Below are positions 50,461 through 62,669 of a stretch of DNA of 64,000 nt, piece by piece (the first letter of the stretch is position 1; the number at the start of each line of letters is the position of its first letter). The DNA is from Lama glama (Eukaryota). The DNA is taken from NCBI GenBank assembly GCA_028534125.1, contig CM052816.1:20462001-20526000 (forward strand), written 5' to 3'. The notes below the pieces were generated by a model. It ran no database searches, had not been told where the DNA came from, and saw nothing but the letters and a program-made list of their open reading frames with translations. Position numbers and translations under genes: made by a program.

Positions 50461-52094
50461 AGAGAAAGAGATTAACAGTAACCAAATAGGGCAAAATCAT
50501 AAGTCGATCAAAAGTATAAGAATTCCTTATACTATTCCTGCTATTTTTCTATAAGTTTGAAATTGTATCAAAATAAAAAGTTACAAACGTACAGCAAACA
50601 CTGTTCTTAACAGAGAAATGTTGAAATCATCCCCTTTAAGATTATGAGCAAAAAAGGGTTCCTGCTGTGTCTCTTCTGTTGAACTTTGCACTGTAGAGCA
50701 CAGATAGTGCAATAAGGCAAGAAAAAGAAATAAACAGCATAAAAATTGGAAAGGAAGCAATGAAACTGATTATTCACAATGATATGGTTGTATGGAGAAT
50801 CCAAAAGACTGTGACACTGAATAAATTATTAGGATTAGCCAATAATTCTATGTAACAACAAGAAAGAGAAATGTAATTTAAAATAACATCAAAATCAGTG
50901 ACATCAAAAATAGAAAGTTTCTAAGAATTCATATTCATGGGAAAAGTTATGATCATTTATTAAAGGAAATAAATTAATGGATAAGAAAGCTCAATACTGC
51001 AAAGAAGTTTATTCTCCTTCAAAATGATCAGTACATTAACTTTCTATCAGGTGTATGTAAATGTGTGTATATAATTTGACAAGCTGGTTCTAAAATTTAT
51101 GTGTAAACCAAAGGACCAGAAATTGTGATGGCCATCCTGAAGAAAAAACACACATCAGGGGCTCTAATACATATACCACTGGTGAGAATATGAATTGTAT
51201 GGCTCCTCTGGAAAACAGTTTGGTCTTACTTAATGTGGCTGATAGTGCTTCTACTGTAGGACGCAGACATCCCAGTCCTGGTACATACTCTCATAATTTC
51301 TTGCATGTTTATACTGAAAGACATTGAACAAGAAAGTTGAAGCAGCTTTGTTTGTAATAGTTTAAAACTACAAATAACTTAAAAGTGTAGCAACAGAAGA
51401 ATGATAAGTAAATTGTGGTATAGTCTACAGTGATAATACTGTGGTCTATTCTCTAGTTATACATAGAAGAGAGAGAGAGACAGATATAGAACACTATATC
51501 ACGGTGAATGAATGCATTACATCTACGTGTAATAACATTGATATAACATTTTAAGAATATAATATTGAGCAAAAAAAGGAAGTTACAAAATGATGTCTTT
51601 GTATTAAGTAAAGACTAAATTACTCATATTATTTTACATTCTACATATGTTTTATAAATAACTTTGTTTACATTACAGTTAATTTTAAATTTTAAATAAT
51701 ATTTATCACAGCATCAATTATAATAATAGATTTTTTTAACTAAGAAAAAGCAACTAAGTAAAATAATCATGGTACATTTGTCCCCCAGCATACTAAGCAG
51801 CTATTTAAAACAGTGTTGTACAACGATGTTGTTAAAATGGGAAGTTGTTCACAATATACTGTTAAGGGGAAAAAAATCAAGTTACAAAAGGAGTCTGTAT
51901 TGTTGGATTCTATTTTGTAAAAAAAAAATAAATATAGAAGAATATAGAACAAAAAATGAGACTTATTTTTAAATAGTCAACTTGAATAATTTTTCTTTTC
52001 TTCATGACTATCTGTATTTTCTAATATTTTTCCAGAATAAGCATATGTAAGGGGGTAAAATCTGCTGCTAAACAGAGACTAGTGGGTGAGAACA

Positions 52095-52230
52095 TAATCA
52101 TTCGTTCATTCAGTTTTTCCTCCGTCATTCAGTGATACTGAGTATCTGTTGTGTGTGTGCAGCCTCTGCTCAGCACAAGGAAAAGAAAGATTAGTAAGGC
52201 GTGGTCCCTGCGCTGGGGGAGTTCAGTCTC
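52095..52230 (-). mobile_element. L2 3' end
   Basis: tcattcgttcattca...tactgagtatctgttgtgtg...ggtccctgcgctgggggagttcagtct. Confidence 0.7.
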
Positions 52231-53507
52231 TGCAGAAATAATACGGTGTCATACGCACTATCATGACACTACATGACACTCTCACTAATACTAGAGTGAT
52301 TGCTACCTCTTCATGTCTTTCAGTCAACCAAAGAAAGTCCTATAATTTCCAACCCAGTTTCTACCTGCTTCATTCTCCTTCCTTGCTCATTAAGAGGTAG
52401 TTTGATCCATGCATTAAAACAATGAAGAGGTGGTTGCAAGGAAAGAAGGCCGGGGCAGCAGTTGCGGGGAGAGACACCTAGAACAGCTGGCAGGGGGTGG
52501 GGGTAAGGAAAAGGAGGCAGAGAAAAGAAAAAGGATGTTAGCAGATACTACCGTAATTTATGTGTGTTTGTCCCAGTAGCTGTTTTAGAAAAGAGCAAGT
52601 AAACAAATTGTCTTGTTTAAATTATTTTTGACCTTGGAACTGTGTTGCTTCAACCATATTATTCTTCCAGGACTGAACCATATGGGTCTGGGTTTAATGG
52701 TTGCACAAGAATAGTAGTAAGGAAAGCACAAAGGATGGAGTTGCCCAGGACAAGACTCCATCACCAGGAATAGAAGCAGTATGGGCAATAGGAAGAAATG
52801 CATCCGCGTATCTCATTACTGTAGTTACCGCGGAACTCATTACTGTAGTTAAGTGTGTTCGACAAGGTCGACAATAAATTTTCCTTGCAACGTAAGCTGG
52901 GGCTCTCTGTTCCTCCCCGGGCCAGGACTTGTCCCTGTTAGGACCAGACTGGGGAAGGCAGAGCAGACCTTGGCAGGCAGGGAAACGGCAGAGGGCTTGC
53001 TGGCTGGCTGACCTTTTCTGAAACTCAAGTGATATAAAAATAATTTGCATTCAGTAGTTCAGGATGGTTTGTTAACTTGAATGTACAGACTCCTATTTCA
53101 AAGGTTTTAATTAAAATTTTTTTTCATAGTTTTTGTTTTTTAAAAATGCCACCGGTTTATCTTCTAAAGTGACTTGCTTTGGCCTGAGGTTTCACTGTGG
53201 AGGTGTGGGTGAGGGGCTGCAGCTCTGTCACCACGAACCACGCTCCCTGCATTGGGAGGAGAGGACTGGGGGGACCATTGGAGAGAGAAGTCAGGAGGCC
53301 AGAAGGGCAGTGAGGCAGGATGGAGACTCCTCACGGTCTGAATGGCCACCCCCTCCTCCTCACTGGGGATCTAAGTCAGTCTGCTTTAAAGTATGTGTGC
53401 AGGGCGGGAGGTGAAACTGATGACAGTGGTCAGGGCTCCTCTGCTGGCTTCTCTGGATTCCTGTCCTCTTCAAAGTGGTGTGGAGGTAACTGTGCTTGTG
53501 GAGAGCT

Positions 53508-54759
53508 TGTGTTAGTTTCATATCGCTGCTGTGACAAATTGCCACCAACTGGATAGCTTAGAGCAGCACACATGTATTTTCTTGTAGTTCTCTAAGTCAC
53601 AAATCCAAAATCAGATTCATTGGGCTAAAATCAGTGTCAAGCTACATCGGGACCACAGGGAATATTTTTGGTAGCTCCAAGTCCATGCCCTCTCTTGTTT
53701 CCTGCATTAACTCCCAGGTCCAAAGGTGCTTCTTATTGCTGGGTAGGAAGTCCCTGGAACCATGGCTCAGAAGTTTCACAGCAGAGGTGGGGTCTGCAGG
53801 GTTTGTTCCTGGTGGGGTTGGGGGGGGCCGACTGCTCAGGATGTGTTTAGGACTCTGGATGGCTGGTTCTCTCCAGGAGATCCAGGGCCTTGGAGCAAAG
53901 GGCAGAATCAGGCTTGCTGCTCTAGGAGGCTGGGGGGCCAGCCCACCTGGGACCAGCCTCTCTGAGCCAGGACGACTGCAGGTGATGGTGCCACTGCTGA
54001 CTTCAGTGAAAGCTCTGACCTGGGTATCAGAGCAGGTCCAGTTGGGTCTGCCATGCCATGTGTGTTTTTGCCCTCTTGTGTTTGGAGAACCAGAAGTCCC
54101 CTTGGGGCAGATAAGGCCTGACTCTGAAGCCCAGAGTCCTGTCTGTGAATGGCTCATGGGAGGGGTCTCAAGTCTTCCCTGGGAGCTCTTTCCCGACCAG
54201 AACAGCTGCCTCTCTGGCCGTGTTACAGTGGAGACTTTGTCACGTGACTGCACGTCTTTAAAAAGCTGTTTCTGCTCCAGCTCAGACCTGGAGATGATAC
54301 TGAATATAATTCTCTACACTGTGAATTTATAAAACACACAGCTTGGGGTGATACGGTGAGGGGCGGTGGTAGTGACTGTAGATTTCTGGAGGTTGTAAAA
54401 GTTGGGTGGTCTGTGTGGTCTCAAACAAGCATGAGGCATTGCTTCCTTCTACAGGCTCTGGACAAGAATCTGATTCTTGTGTTTTTTTAGCTTTTTGAGG
54501 TTAACTTGCCTTCCTGCTCATGGCCCCACATCACTCTGACTTCTGCTTCTGTTGTCACATCTCCTTCTCTGACCCTTCTGCCTCCTTCTTGTAAGGACCA
54601 TGTGATTACGTTGACCTCACCGGGATGTTGCAGGATAATCGTTCCCGAGACCTTTAACTTGATCACATTTTTAAGTCCCTTTCACCATGTAAGGCAACAT
54701 GTTCACAGATCCCGAGGACGGGGCGTGGACACCTTGGGGGCAGTATTCTGTCTACCACA
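53508..54759 (-). mobile_element. MLT1D-like MaLR solo LTR, interrupted by a ~780-bp foreign segment (53643-54425)
   Basis: Left part tgtgttagtttc...gctgctgtgacaaattgccacc...gggctaaaatcagtgtca; right part cttccttct...ggctct...ctctgacttctgcttctgttgtcacatctcc...attctgtctaccaca. Perfect 5-bp TSD GAGCT at 53503-53507 and 54760-54764. Confidence 0.9.
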
Positions 54760-56969
54760 GAGCTGGCTTAGGGACCACCCCTGGTCAGCCCCCTGCCCTG
54801 GCGCATTCTTAGCTTCTCTTCCCCTGATAAAAGGACACGGACTACTGAAGGGTTACATAGAGTGGTGGTGGGTGCCGGGAACAATCTTACTGGAATAGTT
54901 GTTAGTATCATTTGTTTGAGACTAGTGCTGTGACCTCGGAGTCTGGTGATGGCCATTCCTATCGCTAACCTGTGATTTTGTAAACTGAAACTTGACTGGC
55001 AATTTGAAAAGGATCATCTTTCCCTTTCTGTTTTCTCATTTCACACTGATTTATTTCAGGTTGTAGCTCACAGTCTTACCAAATAAAATGATTTGTTGCT
55101 CACTCTGTCACTGTACCTTCCCCCGCACTGAGAGACCTCCTTGGAGCAACGTTCCTTTAGGTACCTAGGTCAGCCTGGAGGGGCTCAGTTCCTGTCCGTG
55201 CAGGGAGATGCACACCACACCCAGCTCGCCCCCTAGTTCCTCCCAGCAGGTCTTTCACAGAAGAAGCAGAATGGTCAAGGCCTCATGGGTCCTTGGTAGG
55301 AATACTTGTGAAATTCACCATGTAGGCCTCTCCCTGGCAGGGTGACCACCCAAGGTCTGGGCTCCAGCCACTTTATTACTCCGTTCTTTCATTTTCTCTC
55401 ACTGGTAGCACTGGAGCACAGCACTTTCTCCAAAAGGGGTACCTTGTAACAATTATATAAGAGAATGTGTTTCTGAGAAGTTGCCAAGAGTTTGATGGAG
55501 AGATGTGGGAAAAAATAGCATGAAGACAGTCACATCAGTGGTCCCCAGAGAGACACTGGGAGCGGGTCAGTCAAGATGGCTGGGGCCCATCCTTTTCTGC
55601 ATTAGCTCTCTTGGCAAAGAAGACCATTGGCTCAACTCTGGGCCCAGTCATCTCCAGGCTTATGCCCCAGGTGTTAGAATCTGGCCCCATGTCAGGTCTG
55701 GGCACTGCCTGCTGTGGTCCAGGCCTATACATTGGGCAATGGGGCAAATCGTTTCTTTTGTGTCTCTGCTGTTGCAGATCAGGTAAGTGTGGTAAGATCC
55801 AGACCTGAGTTTGGAGCACATAGACCCCACTTATAACCTGCTTCAGCCTGAATTTCTGGCCCAGAACCACTTGCCAGATCTCTGCTCTGGAGTAAGAGGA
55901 CTGTGTCCAGCTACTAGCAAGGAGTTACTTGGTGATCCTCTGCCCAAGTGTCTTCTGTTTTGGAGACTTTGTGGGGAGGGGGTACTGTGGTCGGGACAGG
56001 GTCCCTAACTGTAGGGCCACCTAGTAGCAGCCCAGACACATGGCAGTTTCTAAGAGGAGACAATGAAGTTCTATTTCTATGTGCGGTTGGAACCAGTGCA
56101 CGTCCTTCGTGACACATGAGAACATACCCTATGTGTGCCTCGTCTTCCTGCCTAGACTACCGTCTCTTTGGAGGCAGGGATGATGTTTTTGTTTAACCTG
56201 TGCTTAGAAGATGCCTAGGCTAGTGCTGACGACAAAACTGCACGTCATGAGACTCAGGATTACAGGCAGCACCCTGGGGAGCTGCCGGGTGAGCTGTCCT
56301 GGAGCAGCCGGAGAAGGGCGGGGTGCAGAGGTGGGGGCTGGGAGTCCTACAAGGTGGTTCTCACCTGCTCTAACCTTGAAACCGAGTGTGAGCAGCTGCC
56401 GCACTGGGGCTGCCGCACTCTCCGGATCTTGCTGCAGCTTTGGGAGATGCTGATATGCTAGTTTTTCCTGCACCCTTTTTTTTCCTGTCAAATCAGTGAT
56501 TCCCACCCTCAGTTTTACAGCACCCCAGGGTGTCTGCAGTTGTCTCAAGGGCTGGCACAGGATTCTCAAAACCATTTGCTTCAAACAGAAAACAAATATG
56601 CAGAACACAGCAGTTTCAGCTGAGTTTGGAGGAGGGGAGGAAGAAACATGCCATGAAATCCAAACAAGCAAATGGGGTGTCACACTCCAAAAGGTTGGAT
56701 TCGCTGCCTTAGAAAAGAGAGATGGTTACATGAAGTCACTGTCTTCTTGCAGCGGTTTGGATCCACATGTGGGGCCTGCTGCACAAGTGCAACCCTAAGG
56801 AATTAAGGGGAAAAAACCCATTTTACTGCTTACTTTTCCTTTTCTATAGAAAATAAATGTTATAGATGAATAGTGTTATACAAAGAACCATGCAGCAGAG
56901 ATCCAAACCAGCAACTCTGAAGCAGCGAGTCTTCAGTGAAGCAGACCATCTCTGTTTGCTAAGCCTCCG

Positions 56970-57195
56970 TGGGCCCGAGAGTGTGCTCAGGACTGGGAAT
57001 GCTCTGACTGGGTTGGTTAGTTTCCAGTTGCTTGATTCATCACTGGGGAGGCAGTGGTGCCTCAGTTTCCTTATTTCTGCTGGAGGTGATGATAATGTGT
57101 ACCTCATGAAGTTAACAGAATTAAACGAAGGTTTATAAAAACTTAAGAGCCTGGCATATGGGAAATAAAATCTAAGTGTGTGCAAAATAAAATGT
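56970..57195 (+). mobile_element. MIR SINE
   Basis: gtgcctcagtttccttatttctg...gatgataatg...acctcatgaag...aacttaagagcctggcatatg. Confidence 0.7.
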
Positions 57196-57377
57196 TGAGA
57201 GCCCCCTGTGCACTGGGGTTGATAGCTGATGCCTAGAGGAGACAGCTGAAGAAATACCCCATGATGAAGGTAGTTCCACACTGAATTGTGGGAAGATCCT
57301 CAATTAAAACGTGGATTCTGGTGCTGGCATTGGTTCTTAGTATTTTGGGGAAGTTGTTTATCTTCTCCAAGCCTCAG

Positions 57378-57762
57378 GGTGTGTGTCAGGTTATGCTAGG
57401 TTACAATAACAAGTGGGACCCACAACTTCCATGCCTTAATGGAGTAGAAGTTTACTTCTTGCTCCAGGAACAGTTCTGGGAGGGTGTTGAGGTTGTCAAG
57501 GCAGCTGTCCTCCACCAGGTCATTCAGAGACCCAGGCTGATGGCAGCTTCCAAGTTGCCCTGGGCGTCAGCACCCCAGCCAGCCCAGGGAAGAGGAAGAG
57601 GCATGCCTGCAGGAGGGTCTCATGGCCAGACCTGGAGGGGCACTCTCACTGCCCTGTGCATTCTGATCAGGAGGACTCGTCACCTGGTCACGTCTAATAG
57701 CAAGAACAGCTGGGAGAAGTCATTCCTCTCTGTCATAGAAGGAGAACAGGTTTTCCCAGACA
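57378..57762 (-). mobile_element. MLT1J-like MaLR LTR inserted into a MIR (MIR halves ~57290-57377 and ~57764-57870)
   Basis: gaagtttacttcttgctc...gtcattcagagacccaggctgatggcagc...gtcacctggtcacgtctaa...gctgggagaag. CTCAG is repeated at both junctions. Confidence 0.7.
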
Positions 57763-57954
57763 TCTCAGTTTGCTCATTTCTGAAGTGGGAGGTGATACCC
57801 TCTGCTGTGCTGACTCAGAAGTGTTGCTGGGTGGAAAGTCATCTGAGCTGAAATGAGCCACATGGACCTGGGCATGGTGGCTTAGGCTGGCAGCAGAGTG
57901 AGGTGGCGGCTTACTTGGCATCTCAGTACCAGCCCTGCGTTGTCCCCTGACCAA

Positions 57955-58330
57955 ATCAATTCAGGAAATGTTCACAGAGAAATGCGTGCCAGGCCCTGCC
58001 CCGGGTGCTGGGGACACAGTGGTCACACTGACAGGAGTGGATGTGACTTGGAGTCACAGGACAGTGTGACACGCACCATGGGAGCATACACGGGGCTTCT
58101 GATCTGGACAAGGCGGTTAAGACGTCTTTACCCAGGATGAGGCGTCTACCAGAGAGCAGAAGCAGTTGGCCTGGCAGGGGCAGAGCGGGCAGGGCCAGGT
58201 GGAGGAGGGGTGTCTGGAGCAAAGTCCCCAGGGAGCGGGAACATAATCTGAGTGAGGAATGGAAACTAAATGCAGCCAGACCTTGGGTAGGGGAAGGGAA
58301 GCCAAGAGATCAGGAGGTGTGGGGCGCTGA
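57955..58330 (-). mobile_element. L2 fragment
   Basis: gtgccaggccctg...ggtgctggggacacagtgg...gcagttggcctggcag...gagcaaagtcccca typical of reverse L2. Confidence 0.6.
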
Positions 58331-61300
58331 CCTCCAGGCCATGGTCAAGCCTAATGGGCAGCTTGTCTCCTGTGGGAAATGCCCCTTTACTAAAGGTGAC
58401 TTACTTTCTGGAGCCACAGTGTGTGTGCCCTAGGAATTATTACTGAAACAACATGTGGTGTTTTACCGGCACCGTTGCTCTGGGACCACTTCCCACCTGT
58501 CCACAATGGACACATCTATCCACAGCCCTGAGATGAAGTGGCAGACACTCACCAAGGCTATGTTGTGGTGCTTGGACTGAGCCTCGGGACCAGAGGGTGT
58601 CCTCATTCCCAGCATGGGCTGGCTGAGTTGGGTGAGCTAAATTAATGAGATTTGTGTCTTTACAGACTTGAAGGCGAGCACACAGTGCTCCCTGGGGCTG
58701 GGAGGTAGGGGCCAAGCAAGGCCGAGATGCTCTGCTCTTTGGCTGACCCCTGGCCATCGAGGGGGTCACTTGGACCCTCCTGCTGGGCCCGGAGCTGTAC
58801 ATTCCTGGCTGGGCCACGGACCCTGCTGGTTATGACTCCACTCAGTCTGTGCATGCTCGTGTCTGTCTTGCACCTTGATGTTTCCAAATGAGGAGGAAAA
58901 ATAAGGGGGAAATCAATAAAGTGTGATTGACTCTGGTACCCTGAGTTCCCTCAGCTATTCAGCTTACAGCTCTTCCAGGACCAGTTCTGGCCTGCATTTT
59001 CAGAGATGATTCCTGGTTGTTTAACAGCATTTTGTGTCCAGAATGCTTATAGCAGTGAACACTCATGCACATGTGTGCGTGTGTATGTTGGGGATTACAA
59101 CTGAGAGGAGGGGAGAATGGGCACAGGAAAGCCCCCGGGTTGAGGGTCAACCCCAGTTTTCGTGAGGAGTCGGAAGCAGTCTGTGGTGAGAGTGGTGTGG
59201 GTCTGTGAGGCATGGCGCTGCTTCAATCTTCCTGGAACCTTGACTAATTCTTGATTCTCTGGTTCTGTTAGCCAAGCATTAGACGACGTACCAAAATATA
59301 CCCTTCAATTTACAGAGAAGTGGAAGGAGTTCAGGCCCAGAATAAAAATAAAGGATAGTTTTTCATCTTCCACCGAAACCTCTCGTTTCCCAGCCACGTA
59401 GAGACAAAACGAGAGGCAGAGAGGCGTGCCGTGGCCGAGGAGCAGCGCACCAGCTGTCCTCTGGGGAGACTGCACGGGCTTGACGGGCTCCCTGGACAGA
59501 GGGTGTGCTCAGGAGTCCTTGCTGTCCGCACCAGCTGGGGTTTCAGGGATGTTCACAGGGCAGCTCGCTGCCATCGCCCCTCTGCCGTGGGGGAAGGAGA
59601 AGGACTGGGAAACTTCCTCCTCGGATCCCATTAAAGATGGAGGGAGAAACCAGCAAGTCCATCCACCCAAGCACAAAATCTCAGCTCGCTCCCAGTTTCC
59701 CCTTGGTCCTGTGTTGGCCACATCCAGGTGGCCGACACATTCTCCTCCTCTTTCAGATCCACCCTCCTCAGCCTCGCTATGCTCCTCCCCGGTTCCCTGC
59801 AGAGGCGTCTCTGGCCCAGTCTGCCCAGCACCCCTCCGTTCCTGGTCCGTATTATCTCCTGACCCTTGGCTGGCTCGGTGTGGGGTGGGGTGTGTGCCGT
59901 AAACTCCTCCACTCAGAGATCTAAACAGCTGACGTGCAGGTCGCTGGGAATCGTCCCTGCTTTTCTGACCAAATTCCAAGGCTGTGCTCGGTGTATCCTC
60001 ACCTACCTCGCCAGTGACAAGTCCCGCCCACCCTGCTGTAGCTTGCTCCCTTTCTTCTGGCTACATATCTGGGCTGCTTCTATCTGTGAATAAGTTTTCT
60101 GTTTGCTCCAAGAGTCAGCTAAGGTCTCATCTCATTTTCTCTCTGTTCATCAGCCTTTTCTTCTCTGCCCCACACCCACCCCTCATTGTCCAGTGCTTGA
60201 TAATGAGGCTTCCCCCTTGGTCTCGTGGATTACCTCGGCCCCCCAGCTGGGTGATGAGAATAAAGGTAGTTACAGCATATTGATCGCTCACTATGGTCCA
60301 AAGTTTGGGCCAAGCCTGTCTTAAATAGCACTGTATTTCATACGCTCAATAACTCTGTGTGGTTAGTATCAATGTCTCATTTTAGTTAGTAAATCCCACT
60401 GTCAGGAATCAGAGCTCTTCACCTGTAAAAGCAGTGCTTTAACCCAGCACCCTCACTGTGTATGGCACATGGTAAGTGCCCAGTAGATAGTTACTGGAAG
60501 AATGAACAAGTCATTATGTCTTCCCCATGGCCCTAGTGCCCAGCGTGGTACAGAGCACATGATACATGCTCAACTAATACATCTTTGCTCGACATATTTG
60601 AAGGGGTAAAGAGGAGGGGGATATGGACGTCTCCCACTGGCTGGTGAGTGAGCCAGGGCTTCAGTTTTCAGTCTAGAGACCCCGATTCTAGGGCTGGCAT
60701 TCTGCTAATTGGCTATGAGACCTTGGGCCCTAATCATCCTCAGACATCATTTTCTCATCTGTACAACAAGGGGTTCTGCTCACGTCCTGCAAACTCAGAA
60801 ATTCTTAATGCTTTTATTGTCAGTCCCTGAAGAGGTTAATTAGGATGAGGTGCTCTTTAGCTGACAATTACAGAGCAGAGACACAGCTTGTTAGTGAGGA
60901 TGGCATCACTGCCGAGGCTGGTGTGGATACTGATGACCGTTTGCCAGCCCCAGGAGAGAAGAGGGCGTGAGGAGGCTGCTTAAGATGAATAAGAACTCTC
61001 CCCCATCCACCATCAGATGAGAAGGCTATGGGTCCAGAGCTGGGGAACATGAGTGGGCAGGATGTTTTAATACTCCTAATTTAGCTAGCTCTAATCCTTC
61101 CCAAAGCGTCTCTTCATTCTCCTTGTGAAATGAAGGAGCTGCCTTTGAGTGGGAACTCAGTGTTTCCTCATGAGGAGGGAGCCAGGACGGGTAACCAGAT
61201 GCGGGCGCAGTTGGTGCAGGGAGGAGTCCAGCCCCGGAACCGGCCTTCATCACACATCGCACTTGGCCGGCTTGGCTTGGGGTTGGAATGTGTGTGATAA

Positions 61301-62139
61301 CTAATTCACACAGAGGTCTAAATGGCTGCCAAGGATCATTTGCATTTTTAACCAAAGGGATTCATAATTAATGGAAGCCCTCCAGACATCAAGTGGACTT
61401 GGACTTACTGTCCATGGGGCTGCTGTGCCCAAACATCAGGAAGCCTGGATGGAGCACCAGTCTCTTGGGATGACTCCACATGGCAGGGTTTAAAAGGCGA
61501 AGTTTCAAAGGACTGTGTGATCCATGAGGTTAGTGCTACATGGGTCTCTTCAAGGATTTCTTATCTAAAGCTTTTACACACAGATTAGCAAGATTAGGTA
61601 GTTCTAAAGGGCTTTAAAGAGGACTAATGCAGGTCTGAGTTGGTGCCCCGGTGGCTGGCATCCTTCCTGAGATGTGCCACACGGGTGGGACAGCTGACTG
61701 GGGCGTGCAGAGTCCCCTGGGCGGCTGTGTGTTGGGTGCGACCGTCCTGAGTTTCACTCTGTATGGCTGAGTTGCTGCAGTATTATGTGAGCCACCGTGG
61801 GGAGCATTTCCAGAGGGTCCTCTGTGCCAGGTGCTGCGGCGGTGCTCGTCCCAAGCAGTGTGGATTGGAGCAAGCACATTTCTCCGGTGCTCTGTCTGCA
61901 GCAGGCTTATCTCCGCCAGGCAGCTCTCGACCTCTATTTCCTGAGTCACAGCCATCTGTGACAAGGCAAGGTGACAAACGGTGTGTGTTCCTCATAAACT
62001 CCTTGGGGCTGACATGGCTCTGACCCTTCTCTCTTCCACTGCCAGAGGCTGCGACTCTGGTTTCTTACCCTTCAGTCATCACAAAGCCTTTTCCCTTTGT
62101 ATTGTCAGACTTTGGAAAACCCAGAGTAATGATAATGAT

Positions 62140-62660
62140 TTATCTTCTGAAACCCTCCAATGGTGTCCCATTATGCTTAAGATAAAATCCAATTTCTTCC
62201 CAGAGCCTACGAGGCCCTGTGTGATGTCAGCCCTGCCTGCGTCCCCCTCCCCCTCCCCACGCCCCGTGCTCCAGACGCAGTGATTTGCTTTCTTTCTGCC
62301 CCTCAAGTAGAGCAAAGTTGATTCCACCAGAGCCTTTGTGCTCGCTGTTGCCTCTGCCTGGAAAGTCTCCCCTCAGATCTTGCATGGCTGCTGCCCTTCC
62401 ACCACGAGATGTGCCCTTGGACAGTAACTCCCCAGAAGGGCCATCGCTGACTCACCTCAGGGAGCCTCCTCTTCCCTCCACTCTCCGTTACTTTGTTTTA
62501 GTTCCTTCACAACAGCTATGATTATCCAAAATTGTCTTACTTATAGTTTACTATCCATCCAGTGAACTAGAATGTAAGCTCTAAGAGAAAAATAGCCTGT
62601 CAGTTGGTTTCCACTGTACCTAAGGTGCCTAAAATATTACTGAATGAATGAATGAATGAG
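62140..62660 (+). mobile_element. L2 3' region ending in (TGAA)n
   Basis: aaaaccctccaatgg...aagataaaatccaa...gctgttgcctctgcctggaa...ctagaatgtaagctc...tgaatgaatgaatgaatga. Confidence 0.88.
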
Positions 62661-62669
62661 AGTCATGAT

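Larger units (their letters stand above)
46700..50590 (+). mobile_element. L1MC/MD-type 3' UTR segment, split by a MaLR provirus
   Basis: gagagccagatttctcactgtt...aaagggaacca...gtaatg | gattataac...aaaataggaatcc...aattacaaagggga...gaggaaacatcagacaaatcc...aagtttgaaatt...aaaataaaaagtt. Confidence 0.7.
43255..52050 (+). mobile_element. Ancient L1M element (5' region, ORF1/ORF2 remnants, 3' end) carrying several nested younger insertions
   Basis: A-rich sense strand with L1 motifs in colinear order: cagatattggaatta (ORF1), tgtggaatgcagctaa, ttctttgaaaggact, gacaagctggttctaaaatttat, ggaaaacagtttgg, aaattgtggtata. Boundaries approximate. Confidence 0.75.

Noticed and set aside
52804..52851. CRISPR-like direct repeats
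   Set aside because: Only two abutting units with no spacer and no cas genes, in a mammalian context.
57288..57851. 187-aa ORF with a hydrophobic, signal-like N-terminus
   Set aside because: GTG start, and it runs entirely through MIR and MLT1J-like remnants; treated as a chance frame.
28461..61345. Several octamer motifs (ATTTGCAT/ATGCAAAT) scattered through intron 3
   Set aside because: About seven dispersed hits, one inside an L1, is not clearly above chance for an AT-rich 8-mer.
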